Shown here: in pieces, positions 53,808-62,877 of the stretch
Position numbering within the stretch: position 1 is the first letter of the stretch
Layout: every line of letters begins with the position of its first letter
DNA from: a virus
DNA: 64,000 nucleotides
IMG/VR virus record: IMGVR_UViG_3300038427_000078
Direction: 5' to 3' (one strand)
Notes under the pieces: model-generated
The model's database searches: none
The model's input: the letters and a program-made list of their open reading frames with translations, nothing else
Told to the model about the DNA's origin: nothing
Translations under genes and position numbers: made by a program

Positions 53808-54306
53808 GGTAGTGCAGTCCAATTGCTAGCGCATCCGACTCCTCGAAGACTTTGGTGAACTCGCTGAACCGGGGTTGCAACTCTGGCAGGCGGGCGAACA
53901 CACCGTTCCTCACCTGTGGCTTAGTGATCTTCTTACCCTTACCTCGAATGGCTATCTCAGCTTGCACCGTGCGGGCACTCACCTGCTCCACCGGGACGCC
54001 TTTGAGCACAGCGATGGCATGTACCACCGTGATCTGCACGTTGGCTAGGTAGAGTTGGGTGCCGTTGTTGGCACCGAGGGCCGGGACAGTCTCGGTCACG
54101 ATCACGTCCGGGTGGTAGTCGTACAGCAACTCAAGCGTGAGGCCCACCCACTTGTCCGTAAGCCTCATCCTATACGTCTGGAACGCCTCGTTAGCGCCGC
54201 GTGGCGTGTGGACTACACCGGAGTCGATGTATTCTGGCGGTCTGTTAGCTAGGACAGACCAACCCGCTCTCGCGGCCCCTGAGTCAAGCGCGAGAACCGT
54301 CGTCAT
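53797..54306 (-). CDS. ruvC: RuvC-like Holliday junction resolvase
   Basis: VLALDSG...GWSV, PDVIVTE, TKPQVRNGV and ESDALAIG motifs. Confidence 0.85.
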   Translation of the reverse strand: MTTVLALDSGAARAGWSVLANRPPEYIDSGVVHTPRGANEAFQTYRMRLTDKWVGLTLELLYDYHPDVIVTETVPALGANNGTQLYLANVQITVVHAIAVLKGVPVEQVSARTVQAEIAIRGKGKKITKPQVRNGVFARLPELQPRFSEFTKVFEESDALAIGLHYLEK

Positions 54307-54601
54307 CCGAACCCTCGATGGGCTGGATGATGAACCCCAGCGCCCGCAGGCGGGAGATGTCTTTCTGCTGGGCCGCTACGTTGTCGCGCTTCTCGGGGCT
54401 TGCCGTGCCCTCCGCGAAGTAGATACCCTCCGGGTCGTCCCGGTAGTCCCATACCTGGCCGAAGCCAGTGGCCTTGCCGTCCTCATCCGTGACAACGGAG
54501 AGGGCCAAGCCGAGAGGGTGGAAGAACTTCCGGTTCGCCTCTTGGAGAAAGCCTCCGTCCAAGAACTCCTGCATGTCCATGTACTGAATCTCGTCAGCCA
54601 T
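54284..54601 (-). CDS. Hypothetical phage protein
   Basis: EFLDGGFLQEANRKFFHPLGLAL..VWDYRDDPEG. Extended -10 TGCTATAGT upstream. Confidence 0.7.
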   Translation of the reverse strand: MADEIQYMDMQEFLDGGFLQEANRKFFHPLGLALSVVTDEDGKATGFGQVWDYRDDPEGIYFAEGTASPEKRDNVAAQQKDISRLRALGFIIQPIEGSDDDGSRA

Positions 54602-54608
54602 AGTTACA

Positions 54609-55391
54609 CTATAGCACAGGGCCGGTCAGCGGAGGCTCAGGCCAGTGGTCATCGTCCAGTGTGGTTACTGGTGTGCCGGATGCGATGGCCTCGTTGACGA
54701 ACAGGAACTTGTCGTGGATCCAGTCGATGAGCGGCTGGTTGCGGTGGTAGACAAGCTCGGTGAAGGCGTGCGGTCCTTCCTTCTGCACGCCGAGAAGCAT
54801 CCACCACTCTTTGTCGAACAGGTCCATGTAGAGGTTGAACTGGCACTCGTATTTGGCCTCAAGCCACTCGCTCAGCACGCGGTTCTGCTCGACCTCTTTG
54901 AAGTCCCTGGCGTTCATGGTCTTGTAGTCCACGCCACCCTCCCAATCGCCAAGAGTCAGGGTGCTCACGTCGGCGGATCCCGCCACGCCCACATAGGGCA
55001 GGTAGATCGCTTCGCGGTCCGTGTAGCGCTCGCCTGTGCGCAGCGCCTTGACCGCGTACTGCTCGACCGTGCTCTGATCGCAGAGGCCGTCCGCCACCAT
55101 GAGATACTGCAACCACTGGTGCCAGAAGTGACCGACCTGGAATATCTTGAGCAACGAGTTCGGGTGCGGCTCGAACACTGCGTGCTCCGGGTCGAGCGTG
55201 GCTATCTCGTACAGCGTGCTCACCGGCAGGATCGGATGGCTCGACGGGTGCCAGTGGTGGTCAGGCGTCTTGTCCTGGTATTTGTAGACCCACTGGTCGT
55301 CAGTATGGTTGGCGATGGCCTTTTCGAGAAGCGGCACCAGTTTGTACCGGCGTCCCATTTTGAAGTTGAGCTTACTCTTGTCGATCTTCAT
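54609..55391 (-). CDS. PD-(D/E)XK (Cas4/RecB-like) exonuclease
   Basis: HPSS, GHFWH, GSAD, VDYKT and QFNLYM motifs. Confidence 0.75.
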   Translation of the reverse strand: MKIDKSKLNFKMGRRYKLVPLLEKAIANHTDDQWVYKYQDKTPDHHWHPSSHPILPVSTLYEIATLDPEHAVFEPHPNSLLKIFQVGHFWHQWLQYLMVADGLCDQSTVEQYAVKALRTGERYTDREAIYLPYVGVAGSADVSTLTLGDWEGGVDYKTMNARDFKEVEQNRVLSEWLEAKYECQFNLYMDLFDKEWWMLLGVQKEGPHAFTELVYHRNQPLIDWIHDKFLFVNEAIASGTPVTTLDDDHWPEPPLTGPVL

Positions 55392-55737
55392 GTTCTCCAC
55401 GCTCCACATCATCGCACATGCGTCGGACGGCAAGATCGATGTTGCCATCCATGTCCGCCAACACGCTGCCCTCGCAGCCCTCGAAGCGTAGCACAAGGAC
55501 GGGTTCCCGACCCTCTGCCCATGCCTCTCGCGCGATCTTCTCTAGCTCCTGCACGAACCGGGGCGCTTTGCTGCCGCCCGTGACCTTGCACTCGATCAGT
55601 TCGGTGTCGGTCCGCACGTCGCCGTAATCGTGGGCGGCTGCGCCTGATGAGGCAGACCGCTTCCCGCCGTACTTGCGCGCGACGTATTCCTCCTGGTCCA
55701 CTGACCGGCGCTTACTCGTCCCCCGCTTCGCCATCAT
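55372..55737 (-). CDS. Hjc-like PD-(D/E)XK nuclease / resolvase
   Basis: QEEYVARKYGG...SGA....GDVR....IECK. Confidence 0.75.
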   Translation of the reverse strand: MMAKRGTSKRRSVDQEEYVARKYGGKRSASSGAAAHDYGDVRTDTELIECKVTGGSKAPRFVQELEKIAREAWAEGREPVLVLRFEGCEGSVLADMDGNIDLAVRRMCDDVERGEHEDRQE

Positions 55738-56836
55738 CCGCCTCCTCTACCGGAGCCTTCTTCGCGCGCTTCTGCTTCGCAAGCTCTTCCTGGGTGTGGA
55801 TCATGCTCTTCATCACGTCATCACGAATCACACCGTAGGCGTCCGGGTTCTCGGTGAAGAACTTCTTGGCCTTGGCGACACCCTGTACCTGTCCTTTCGG
55901 AAACACAGGGTGCTGTAGCCATGAGCCGGATGACTGGATCACGCCGCTGAGCTTGCCAGTATTCACCACGTCTGACACCTTGTCGATGCCCAGGCCGTAC
56001 TCCTCCGTGTCGATGTTGAAGAAGGTGAACTCGGCGCTCTTGCCTACTGCTTGCGCCATCTTGTTCTTCTTGAAGGTACACTTTATCTCGCGACCGACGA
56101 GGACTTTCTCGCCGTCCACCATGGAGTAGTATTTCTCACCACCGGGCTTGACCTGGATGCGAACGAGCGCGTGGTGCTTCAACGCCTCACCACCCGGCGA
56201 CTCGTAGAAGGTGTTGCCGTTGGCCGCACCCGCCTGTCGCTGCTGGTTGAGGATCATCAGCCCCTTGTTGGCCTTGAACAGCCGGGGCATGACCGCGTTG
56301 AGTCCCGCCGTGACCTGGCTGCTGACACCGTACGCCTTCTGCTTGCCACTCTCCTGTGTGGAGGCAGCACCCATCGCGCCGATAGAGTCGAGCACGATGT
56401 AGTCGATGTCGTAGTCGAACACCAAGTCGTAGAGCATTTCGAACGCTTCCTCTACGTTGTCCGGGTACTCGATGAGTAGGAGGTCCGGGTCGAGGCCGTG
56501 GAGTTTCACTGCCCACTCGACAGTCTCTTCGTGACCGGCGTGCGGCTCCATGGCGATCAGCGCCGGGAGCTTGCCTTCCTTCTGCACGTTGGCGAGGGTG
56601 CCGTAAGCCAGCACCGTAGTCTTGCCGAGTCCGTTGCTTCCGAAAATCTCGACCATGGCTCCGTAGGGGAAGCCTCCCTTGCCCAGCTTGTAGTCGAGCA
56701 TGAGCGATGGTGACGGCACCACGTTCATCTCGTATCTCTCGTTGCCCAAGATTGCGCTCCTTGCTCCGTAGCTTTTCACTGTCTTGGCGTGTATTCCCTC
56801 TAGCCTTCGCTTCAATGCGTCTTTGTTGTCACTCAT
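55712..56836 (-). CDS. recA: RecA-like recombinase
   Basis: GGFPYG..VEIFGSNGLGKTT, VLDSIGAM, ILNQQR and SPGGEALKH motifs. Confidence 0.92.
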   Translation of the reverse strand: MSDNKDALKRRLEGIHAKTVKSYGARSAILGNERYEMNVVPSPSLMLDYKLGKGGFPYGAMVEIFGSNGLGKTTVLAYGTLANVQKEGKLPALIAMEPHAGHEETVEWAVKLHGLDPDLLLIEYPDNVEEAFEMLYDLVFDYDIDYIVLDSIGAMGAASTQESGKQKAYGVSSQVTAGLNAVMPRLFKANKGLMILNQQRQAGAANGNTFYESPGGEALKHHALVRIQVKPGGEKYYSMVDGEKVLVGREIKCTFKKNKMAQAVGKSAEFTFFNIDTEEYGLGIDKVSDVVNTGKLSGVIQSSGSWLQHPVFPKGQVQGVAKAKKFFTENPDAYGVIRDDVMKSMIHTQEELAKQKRAKKAPVEEADDGEAGDE

Positions 56837-56988
56837 ACCTGTAATCTCCCATTAGCATCAACAGGTACCCACTTTGTCTCGCCTTCGGCAATAACTAGAA
56901 GCTCCTTGTATCCGCACAGGCACTCGCGATATGTGTGCCCTTTTCGTTTGACGAGGATCACATGGTCCCCATGACAAGTGTAGCTCAT
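56833..56988 (-). CDS. Small Zn-ribbon-like hypothetical protein
   Basis: MSYTCHGDH..RECLCG. ATGA overlap with the HNH stop codon. Confidence 0.5.
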   Translation of the reverse strand: MSYTCHGDHVILVKRKGHTYRECLCGYKELLVIAEGETKWVPVDANGRLQV

Positions 56989-57392
56989 CTCAACCTTTCT
57001 GGCGCGTATTGCTGTAGTAGTTCTTCTGCCCACTCTATCAGATCAGATACGCGCTGTCCGGTCGGGTGGGAACTGCTCCAAAGCTCAAGATTCTTGATGT
57101 CGTTTTCTGCCTTTCCTCGCTTGTGATGGACTGTCTCGCTCTTGAGCAAAGGCCGACCAAGATGTTCTTCCATGATGACGCGATGCTCTGCACGTTGCTT
57201 ACCATCGACGTAAATGAAACGATAACCACTCTTGCGAAGCGTTCCTCCGGTAGAAGGTCTGCCCTTCTTGCGAATAGGGAACAGCTTACCGTATCTACGT
57301 CGTTGATCGTAGTGAGGTTCACATAGGCTGGACTTGTAGGACGGACGATCACAGTCTGGTCCTTGGCATGTTGGGGATTGTCGATATCTCAT
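56985..57392 (-). CDS. HNH endonuclease
   Basis: AEHRVIMEEHLGRPL...ETVHHK....ENDIKNLELW. Late motif at 57390-57402. Confidence 0.88.
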   Translation of the reverse strand: MRYRQSPTCQGPDCDRPSYKSSLCEPHYDQRRRYGKLFPIRKKGRPSTGGTLRKSGYRFIYVDGKQRAEHRVIMEEHLGRPLLKSETVHHKRGKAENDIKNLELWSSSHPTGQRVSDLIEWAEELLQQYAPERLR

Positions 57393-57412
57393 CATCTATT
57401 AGGGTTCGCAAT

Positions 57413-60400
57413 TCAAACATTGAGCAAGCGTCCTGACTCAAAGTGCCACCCCTCAGCCCTCTTGCTAGTGGGCGGACTGTGAGTGATGTTGAAGATTCCC
57501 ACCTGATGCAGTTTGAAGATCGCTTTGTTTTTGCCCCACTTGTTTGAGAAGCACGCGAACGACAGTTCATGCCTACCGAACTCGACGGTCACGATGCCCA
57601 TCGATGCGCCGGTAGCTTTGACCTTGGTCGGTCGTACTCCTGTAATGATACCAGCTATGCGGAAGTCAACTGCCTCATCGTCGGGGCCGAGAGAGGCGAG
57701 CACATCGTTGTAGTCGTCGCAGTTGTCGATGATGTCCTGGTTGGCTGCGATGACTTCTTCCGTATTGTCGGTGAGCACCACGCTCAGGTACTCTTGCTCC
57801 GCAGCCTGCTTGTCCTTGAGGGACCAGCCGCCCATGAGGTCATCCCATGCGCCGACCTCGGCTACGAGCGCAACCTTGCCTTCGTTGAGGATCTGTTTCG
57901 GAGATTTCCAGCCGACCGGAAGGTCGCCCGTCAGAGCCAGCGCTTTCTTTTCCTTCAACGCCTCGTCGTTGATTTCTTCCAGGTGTGTCAGCAACTCGTC
58001 CGGTGTCTCCACGCGGAGGCCACGGGCGTCCCTCAGTTCAGCGAGGAACGCGCCCGCACTAGACACACCCTTGATGTCCCCGAAGCCGAAGTAGATGTTG
58101 TCCTCGTACACATCGCATTCCGCCTGCGAGTAGAGGATGTGCGGCGGGAGCACCTTGATGCCTTTGCGCCGTGCCTCTTTGATGTACTGCGGAGTCAGTG
58201 TGCCTCGTTTGTCGTGCTCGACGGTGCGGATGCACGCGATGTAGAACTCCTGTGGCGCTACCCACTTGGCGTAGAGGCAGCGGAAGGTGATGATGGCGTA
58301 ACTGATGGCGTGGCTCTTGTTGAACGAGTAGCTGGCGAAGTCTTCGATTTCTGTCCACAGCTTCTTGGCAGCCTCTTCCTCGAAGCCTTTGTCGAGGGCG
58401 GTGTTCAGCCATCCCTTACCCTCCCATTCACCTGTGCCCTCGTAGAGAGCGGCCAGCTTCTCCGGTTGCTTCTTGCCCAGGATCTTACGCATGGCGTCGG
58501 CATCCCCGGCAGAGTAGCCGAGGTCAGCCATGAACCGGATGATCTGCTCCTGGTACACGAACAGACCTTGCGTGTGGCCGAGGATGGGTTCCATCATCGG
58601 GTGCGCGAACGTGACCTCGCTGCGCCCTTCCATCCTGTGAATGTACTCCCACTCGTCCGGGCCAGGACGCACGATGGCTCCAAGCACGCCAAGATCCTCT
58701 ACGCTGCGCGGGTGCATGCGCTCGCATAGCTGTTTACCTGCCGGTGTCTCGATCTGGAAGATTCCTGACACGAATCCATCCTCAAGCAGATCCCACATCT
58801 CATCCGGGTACTCCTCGCGGTCCATTCCGCTCCACTCCACGGGTTCACCTTTCTCCTCCATCAGTTTCTCCCACTCGTCAAGAGTGTCAAGGGTCTTGAG
58901 GCCCAGGACATCCTCCTTCACCAGTCGAAGATCATCGATGGTCTTCATCGGGAACTGCGTGGCAGGGATGCCCTCCTTTTTACCTCCGCCACGGAGGTAC
59001 GCGGGAGCGTAGTCGCTCAGGTCGATGTCAGCGATGACGATACCCGATGGGTGAATGCCGTAGCTCTCGTTGCGGGAGTTGGTGTGTTCACACATCTCGA
59101 TGAAGCGCTCCCGTTTGGTGCTGTTACCGATCCACTCTTGGATTTCGTCACCGACATCCACGTTGACGTAGATCACCTTCCCCGGCTCGATGTCCGGGTT
59201 CCATCCGATCTGCTCGGTGCCGTGGATGGCGAGTTTGTGTACGCCCTCCTCCACGATCTTCTTCACTTCTTTGAGTTCACCCATTCCAATCTCGCACGCG
59301 GAGGCGAGCTTGTTCATCACGGCGATGGGCTTGAAGCGTTTGATGGTGCCGATGGAGCACACCTTGTCTGCTCCCAGGCGGTCGATGAGGTACTGGCGGA
59401 TGTCTCCGCGCTTGGAGCGAGCGAAGTCGGAGTCGATGTCCGGGAAGCCGTCCGCACGACCGGCGTTCCAGAAGCGCTCGAAGTACAGTTCGTAGTGGAG
59501 TGGGTCTACGTCGGTGATACCTAGCGCATACGCCACTATGCTACCGGCAGAACTACCCCTACCCGGTCCGGTACGGATCCCGGTCACGTCGCAGAACTGG
59601 AAGATGTCCCAAGCCCACAGGAAGTAGTGGTCGAGTCCAGCCTCCACCAGAATCTCGCACTCATGCGCAGCTTTGGCCCACGCCTCAGCTTCGTTCTTGC
59701 TATCGGTCGGGTAGCGCTTGGCTATGCCTTCCTCCACCAAGTCGATGAACAACTCGGTGGCGCTACGCTCGTCATCCGGCTCGATCCACGGGCAGTCGGT
59801 CGGTACGAACACCGGCAGGTGCGGGCGATCAGCCTCGGGCAGATGAGCGGAGGATTTCGTACCCACATCATGAGTGTTGAGTATGATTTCCTCCACCTTG
59901 TCATCGCCCAGGTAGGCCAGAGCCTCGCGCACGTCATCCTCGCTCTTGATGCACAGCGCTCCCTCCGGGTGCCACATGCTGCGGGCCTCGGGCGGGTCGT
60001 AGATGGAGCTACGTGTCTGCGCAGCCAGGTACATGTCGTGGTACTGCCACTGCTCCGGGAAGGCGTAGTGTCCGTCGTCCCCATACGTCACTGCTACGCC
60101 GCGTTCTTCGGCTGCGTCCACCAGTAGTTCATTGAACACACGCGGAGTCAGTCTCTCACCACTCGCGTCGAAATCGTTCCACGGTGCGTCACCGGGATAG
60201 GTGGTGACCTCGATGCGGAACTGGTCGCCCAGGTTGTCTAGGTACCAGTCGAGCATCGTGTTGTCACCCTTGGCGAGTCCCTGCGGTACGTGACCGATGG
60301 GGCAGGCGGACGTGAAGATGATGCCCTCCTTGTACTTCACAATGTCCTCGTTGCTCACCCTTCCGACGTGGTGATATTTCTCACGGCTGGCCGTGCAGTT

Positions 60401-60700
60401 CACCAGTCGCCACAAGTTGCGCAGACCTTCGTCGGTCATGGCAAGGGCGATAAGGTGAGCCTGATCGCGGGCACCTTTCTTGAGCGTGCCGAAGTCGAGG
60501 CCGTGGTATAGCTCGCAGCCGAACACCGGGTTGATGTCCCGGCTGCGCATGGCCTTGTCGAACTTGATGTGACCAGCGACTACGCCGTGGTCTGTGAGTC
60601 CGCAGTACGGGCAGCCGAGTTCCTGAATGCGGTCGCCAATCTCATCAACTGTTGACCAGCCGTCGAGTGAACTGTACTCACTGTGAACGTGGAGGCTCAC
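57413..60700 (-). CDS. dnaE: DNA polymerase III alpha subunit (family C)
   Basis: LHVHSEYSSLDG, TDHG, GPGRGSSAGS, PDIDSDF, HPSGIV and YSFNKSHA motifs. Confidence 0.96.
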   Translation of the reverse strand: MSLHVHSEYSSLDGWSTVDEIGDRIQELGCPYCGLTDHGVVAGHIKFDKAMRSRDINPVFGCELYHGLDFGTLKKGARDQAHLIALAMTDEGLRNLWRLVNCTASREKYHHVGRVSNEDIVKYKEGIIFTSACPIGHVPQGLAKGDNTMLDWYLDNLGDQFRIEVTTYPGDAPWNDFDASGERLTPRVFNELLVDAAEERGVAVTYGDDGHYAFPEQWQYHDMYLAAQTRSSIYDPPEARSMWHPEGALCIKSEDDVREALAYLGDDKVEEIILNTHDVGTKSSAHLPEADRPHLPVFVPTDCPWIEPDDERSATELFIDLVEEGIAKRYPTDSKNEAEAWAKAAHECEILVEAGLDHYFLWAWDIFQFCDVTGIRTGPGRGSSAGSIVAYALGITDVDPLHYELYFERFWNAGRADGFPDIDSDFARSKRGDIRQYLIDRLGADKVCSIGTIKRFKPIAVMNKLASACEIGMGELKEVKKIVEEGVHKLAIHGTEQIGWNPDIEPGKVIYVNVDVGDEIQEWIGNSTKRERFIEMCEHTNSRNESYGIHPSGIVIADIDLSDYAPAYLRGGGKKEGIPATQFPMKTIDDLRLVKEDVLGLKTLDTLDEWEKLMEEKGEPVEWSGMDREEYPDEMWDLLEDGFVSGIFQIETPAGKQLCERMHPRSVEDLGVLGAIVRPGPDEWEYIHRMEGRSEVTFAHPMMEPILGHTQGLFVYQEQIIRFMADLGYSAGDADAMRKILGKKQPEKLAALYEGTGEWEGKGWLNTALDKGFEEEAAKKLWTEIEDFASYSFNKSHAISYAIITFRCLYAKWVAPQEFYIACIRTVEHDKRGTLTPQYIKEARRKGIKVLPPHILYSQAECDVYEDNIYFGFGDIKGVSSAGAFLAELRDARGLRVETPDELLTHLEEINDEALKEKKALALTGDLPVGWKSPKQILNEGKVALVAEVGAWDDLMGGWSLKDKQAAEQEYLSVVLTDNTEEVIAANQDIIDNCDDYNDVLASLGPDDEAVDFRIAGIITGVRPTKVKATGASMGIVTVEFGRHELSFACFSNKWGKNKAIFKLHQVGIFNITHSPPTSKRAEGWHFESGRLLNV

Positions 60701-61073
60701 TCGTCACCCTCGTAGATCAGAGATTCCCATACGTGTGCGTCGGACATGTTACCCGTCATCCACGGTTGCGGCTTGTTTTTCACACTCTCGGTTGTTCTTT
60801 TGATCCAGCCCAAGTTGCGAGCCTTGATCATCAAGCCTCCCATTCCCTGATTGACACCCCGATCAGGTTCGCCAACGATGTCCCAAATCTCATTGGTCGA
60901 TAGCTTCGGCAGGCGGCGAGCAAGATCATGGATCGTTTCCAAAACGAACGCGATGAACTCCTCAGACCATCCGCCTTCGGCTCTCTGAATATCTTCAATG
61001 GTGGCCTCGCTACGCGGGTCGCGTTCACGCCTGCGCTTACGTTCATGGCCTGCGTTTTGTGGACTATTGACAT
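60697..61073 (-). CDS. Hypothetical protein, probably frameshifted near its 5' end
   Basis: SD AAGGAAGG and ATG at 61073 join the 60697-60942 frame if one A is added at 61055-61058. Confidence 0.55.
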
Positions 61074-61501
61074 GCCAACCCTTCCTTCCTTGCTGATTTC
61101 GATAGCTCGTCTGCGAGGTTGTTCCAAAGGCTGTCGTCGTGGCCTCGCACCCAATTCGGCTCGACGTAGGGATGGCGCTCAGCGGCGCTCTCTAGATCGA
61201 ACCACAAGTCTTGGTTGAGGTTGCGTGCTCGGCTTGGATCTTCCAGTCCTAGTACAACGTACTCGCTGTCTGAGTACAGTAGCACATCGCAGGGTCCGTG
61301 CCGCTCGTATACCGTTTCCAGACCTTCAATCGCAGCCGTCAACTCCATGCGATTGTTCGTGGTGTCGGACGCATGTCCGCTCCCGACTTCGGATTGTCCG
61401 AAGGCGTCGAGCAAGACATACGCCCAACCTCCACTACGGTCCTTGCAGTAGGAGCTACCATCCGTGAAGATGGCGATCCCTTTGCTCGGATCGAGCATCA
61501 C
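61064..61501 (-). CDS. rnhA: Ribonuclease HI
   Basis: IFTDGS, TTNNRMELTAAIEGL, SDSEYV, NQDLW and WVRGH..N..ADEL motifs. Confidence 0.95.
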   Translation of the reverse strand: MMLDPSKGIAIFTDGSSYCKDRSGGWAYVLLDAFGQSEVGSGHASDTTNNRMELTAAIEGLETVYERHGPCDVLLYSDSEYVVLGLEDPSRARNLNQDLWFDLESAAERHPYVEPNWVRGHDDSLWNNLADELSKSARKEGLACQ

Positions 61502-62598
61502 TTAGCCCTGCGGCCCGACTGCTTCTCTGCTGACAGTTGGCGAAGCTCGCTCATCCGACCCTTGCCCTCGGCCTCGTCGCCCTTGGCGGCTTTGCTGCGA
61601 GTGCGGCGAGTCTTCGGCTTCTCCTCGGCCTCAGTCTCGTTGGTCGGCTCTGCCTCTGGCTCGCTGTCCTCTGCCTGAGCAGATGCTTTGCGAGAGGCAC
61701 GACGCTCCGCCACGCGGTTGCGTGTGCGGTCGCCTTTGCTTGAGCTTTTCGCCTTCTTTTTCTTGTTGCCGAACTTGTCCAGCGAGTCACCGCGCTCGAC
61801 AATTGTCTCAAGGAGGGCGTCGTAACGATCCTCGTCCAACAGTTCCTCGATCTTCTTGTCAAGCAACACCTGACCGATGAGAGCGGCAGCCTCCTCGTCC
61901 GTGGCCTTCTCGATCTTGTCTTCCAGACCGGGTAGCTCGTCACGAATGTAGCTGACGCCATCGATGTACTCGATGAGGTTGGTGAGGTCTATCGGCTGGT
62001 CGTCATAGCCCTGTAGAGCGTAGGACGTGTGCTTGTCCTTGCCCAACCGGGTGATCTTGACGGCAGCCTCAGTGATAGGTGCCTCGTTCGCGTCGTAGTT
62101 CTCGACGTGGTTGAAGAAGTTGTTCGGGGACTGGACTACGTACCCCACGACCGGAGCCGTGACCTCTTCCTCCTCATCGGTGACCTCGCCCTTGTCGTCA
62201 AGGACTTTGCGTGTGTAGTTGGTGGTCTTGACCTCGAAGCCAGTCGGCTTTTTACGGCCTTTGACTACCTCGACCACCGGCTCAAGCTCGACCGCGATTG
62301 CGAGCGTACGCTTGACTACCGTGGCGTCCCAATCCTCGACAAAAGCATCGCTCTTGTCTCCGAAGAACTGGTCCGTCTTGGCGACTACTTCCTGGTAGTG
62401 CCCGTTCTCATCCTCCAAGAACTGCACCATGTCGAACGAAGGCATCTCGTCTATCTCGTTCAGGAATACGAGGTAGTGCTCTTCTTTGTCGTCCTTCCAG
62501 TAGGTGCTCGGAAGGTACGGCGCGAATGTGCCTCCGCCCTTGGAAGCATCCTGTGCTGCGTGGATGGCCTCGCGGCCTCTGGCGATTTCACCAGGCAT
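61498..62598 (-). CDS. Putative single-stranded DNA-binding protein
   Basis: Acidic, with KITRLG..TSY motif, located in the replication module. Confidence 0.5.
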   Translation of the reverse strand: MPGEIARGREAIHAAQDASKGGGTFAPYLPSTYWKDDKEEHYLVFLNEIDEMPSFDMVQFLEDENGHYQEVVAKTDQFFGDKSDAFVEDWDATVVKRTLAIAVELEPVVEVVKGRKKPTGFEVKTTNYTRKVLDDKGEVTDEEEEVTAPVVGYVVQSPNNFFNHVENYDANEAPITEAAVKITRLGKDKHTSYALQGYDDQPIDLTNLIEYIDGVSYIRDELPGLEDKIEKATDEEAAALIGQVLLDKKIEELLDEDRYDALLETIVERGDSLDKFGNKKKKAKSSSKGDRTRNRVAERRASRKASAQAEDSEPEAEPTNETEAEEKPKTRRTRSKAAKGDEAEGKGRMSELRQLSAEKQSGRRAK

Positions 62599-62665
62599 GT
62601 CTATGTCTCCTTCTGGCTGACCCTCTAAGGTCTAGTGCCGTTGTGTTTTCTTGACAACCGCTACA

Positions 62666-62842
62666 TTAGCAGCTAGATGGCTGACCTTGAACCCCTTGCG
62701 GAAGAACTTTCGCTCGCTCGTCATCCGTAAGGTCACGCGCAGAAGTCTTGCCCAAGCCGTGCAGCTTGGACTCGATCTGGTTGTGCTCCTTCGGGGACAG
62801 AACTTGAGCGCCCTCCGCGTCGGCGTACTTGGTGATAGCCAT
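62666..62842 (-). CDS. 58-aa putative late protein (not in ORF track)
   Basis: MAITKYADAEGAQVLSPKEHNQIESKLHGLGKTSARDLTDDERAKVLPQGVQGQPSSC, behind GTAATAGATG-ATG. Confidence 0.7.
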   Translation of the reverse strand: MAITKYADAEGAQVLSPKEHNQIESKLHGLGKTSARDLTDDERAKVLPQGVQGQPSSC

Positions 62843-62877
62843 CATCTATTACCCGTCGCCCCTGCTATCCTTGAAGG

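Noticed and set aside
54609-55391. CRISPR-Cas system suggested by the Cas4-like nuclease
   Set aside because: There is no repeat-spacer array or other cas gene. The Fe-S cysteines are absent and the context is recombination.
54645-60127. Long plus-strand ORFs opposite the replication genes (e.g. 54645-55583, 57569-58729)
   Set aside because: They are antisense shadows caused by GC-rich codon bias and carry no motifs.
48514-60700. Inteins in SNF2, RecA or DnaE
   Set aside because: Lengths are normal and no intein splice-junction blocks were seen.
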